From assembly GCA_951804945.1 (NCBI GenBank), contig OX638153.1:58342001-58406000 (forward strand): 64,000 nt of DNA, written 5' to 3'. This document shows, piece by piece, positions 62,949-64,000 of the stretch. The first letter of the stretch is position 1. Every line of letters starts with the position of its first letter. This stretch comes from Podarcis cretensis (taxonomy: Eukaryota). The notes under the pieces are model-generated. The model was not told the origin of the DNA and made no database searches. It saw only the letters and a program-made list of their open reading frames with translations. Made by a program: the position numbers and the translations under genes.

Positions 62949-64000
62949 GTAAGAAACACAACAGTTACCTGAACAGCATGCTGCCTCTCTCAGAGCCAAA
63001 CCATACATTACACATCAGTGTTTGCAGTCTTCTCAAATGGCCATTTTTTCACAAAATGCCAATTTGAGACAAAGCAGCGGTGAAGGTGTACTTAAACATG
63101 TTCTTGTCTGTTCCCACTCCAAAGGCCCTGCTCCAGCACTTTATCGTTTAAAAAGAAGCAGTCAGTATTAGACTAATGTTGCATGCAATTGTAATGTGCT
63201 CTTTAGCACATCCGCGTGCCCTCTACTTATTAAACTGAGATTGTACTGCTTCTGATTGCAGGTAAAGGATTGCACTTCTGAATTCTCCCCCGCATACAAA
63301 AAATAAGCTTTTTTCTTTTAAAAACAAACAAACTAGTATAGTAGATAGAGACCTGTTCCTATGCCTTTGTCCTGTTTTTTTTTTTAAAAAAAGAAATGGG
63401 GGGAGATGGTTCATTATTATTTTTGGTTAAATGTAGGGGAGCATTCAAGACAGGTATCCCTCACCTGCAGTTTGAAGTGATGTGGCTCACACTAGCCCTT
63501 CAGGATTATACCACTTTACTCTGTGTTGTATGTAAACCAGGCCTAATTTGTTACTAAATAAGGTTTTAAAAAGGCAGGGGGTGCCATATACCTAGAAATG
63601 TCAAGATCCGCCAAAAATCTGAGTTCAAAATGAATTCAATATATATTTATTTAACTCACATAATACAGCTGAATTAACTATTTGAAGTCTTGCTAAGGGT
63701 ATCTTAGAAAGAGCAGTCATAAAGAACCAAGAAAGGAGGCTAATGCACAAATTTGGGGAAGTGCTTTGGATTCAAGAGAAAGTAACTATGAGGCAACACT
63801 TCTGTCTTGGTTTTTTGTCATTTTCAACTTTTTCTCTTTAGCCACCAGGAACAGAAATTTCTCAGCTTTGTAGAATTTTCAAAAATCAAAAGTCTGCACT
63901 CTATTCCATGTATTCTTAAAATGGCCATAGCCCTGACAGCAGAGTAAAACTTGTGTTCTAAAATGCTTCTGTAAGAAGGAAAAGCTTTTGTCGTTGCCTC

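Noticed and set aside
62949-64000. Next BTRC exon (LWDIECGACLRVLEGH...)
   Set aside because: Not found before the window end; presumably downstream.

Overview
Vertebrate genomic DNA, most likely from a squamate (probably a lacertid lizard, judging by the Sauria SINE copies and squamate-type L2/CR1/L1 remnants). The whole window lies inside one + strand gene, BTRC (beta-TrCP1/FBXW1A). Nine internal coding exons are resolved with canonical AG/GT boundaries and continuous frame: 7153-7230, 16048-16137, 48994-49225, 53247-53433, 56903-56999, 58687-58824, 59354-59472, 62222-62471 and 62830-62948. They total 1310 nt and cover the N-terminal region, D-domain, F-box, linker and about five WD40 repeats. 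The start and stop codons lie outside the window. The introns carry SINEs, LINE fragments, hAT and Tc1/mariner MITEs with TIRs and TSDs, and microsatellites. The most striking oddity is eight N-runs of irregular length (132-356 nt), set in unique sequence and found only in the large 5' introns. My hypothesis is that they are masked ultraconserved elements or enhancers of the LBX1-BTRC-FGF8 landscape rather than ordinary scaffold gaps. I found no prokaryotic-type system (CRISPR, operon) and cannot support a claim of a wholly new biological system from the sequence alone.
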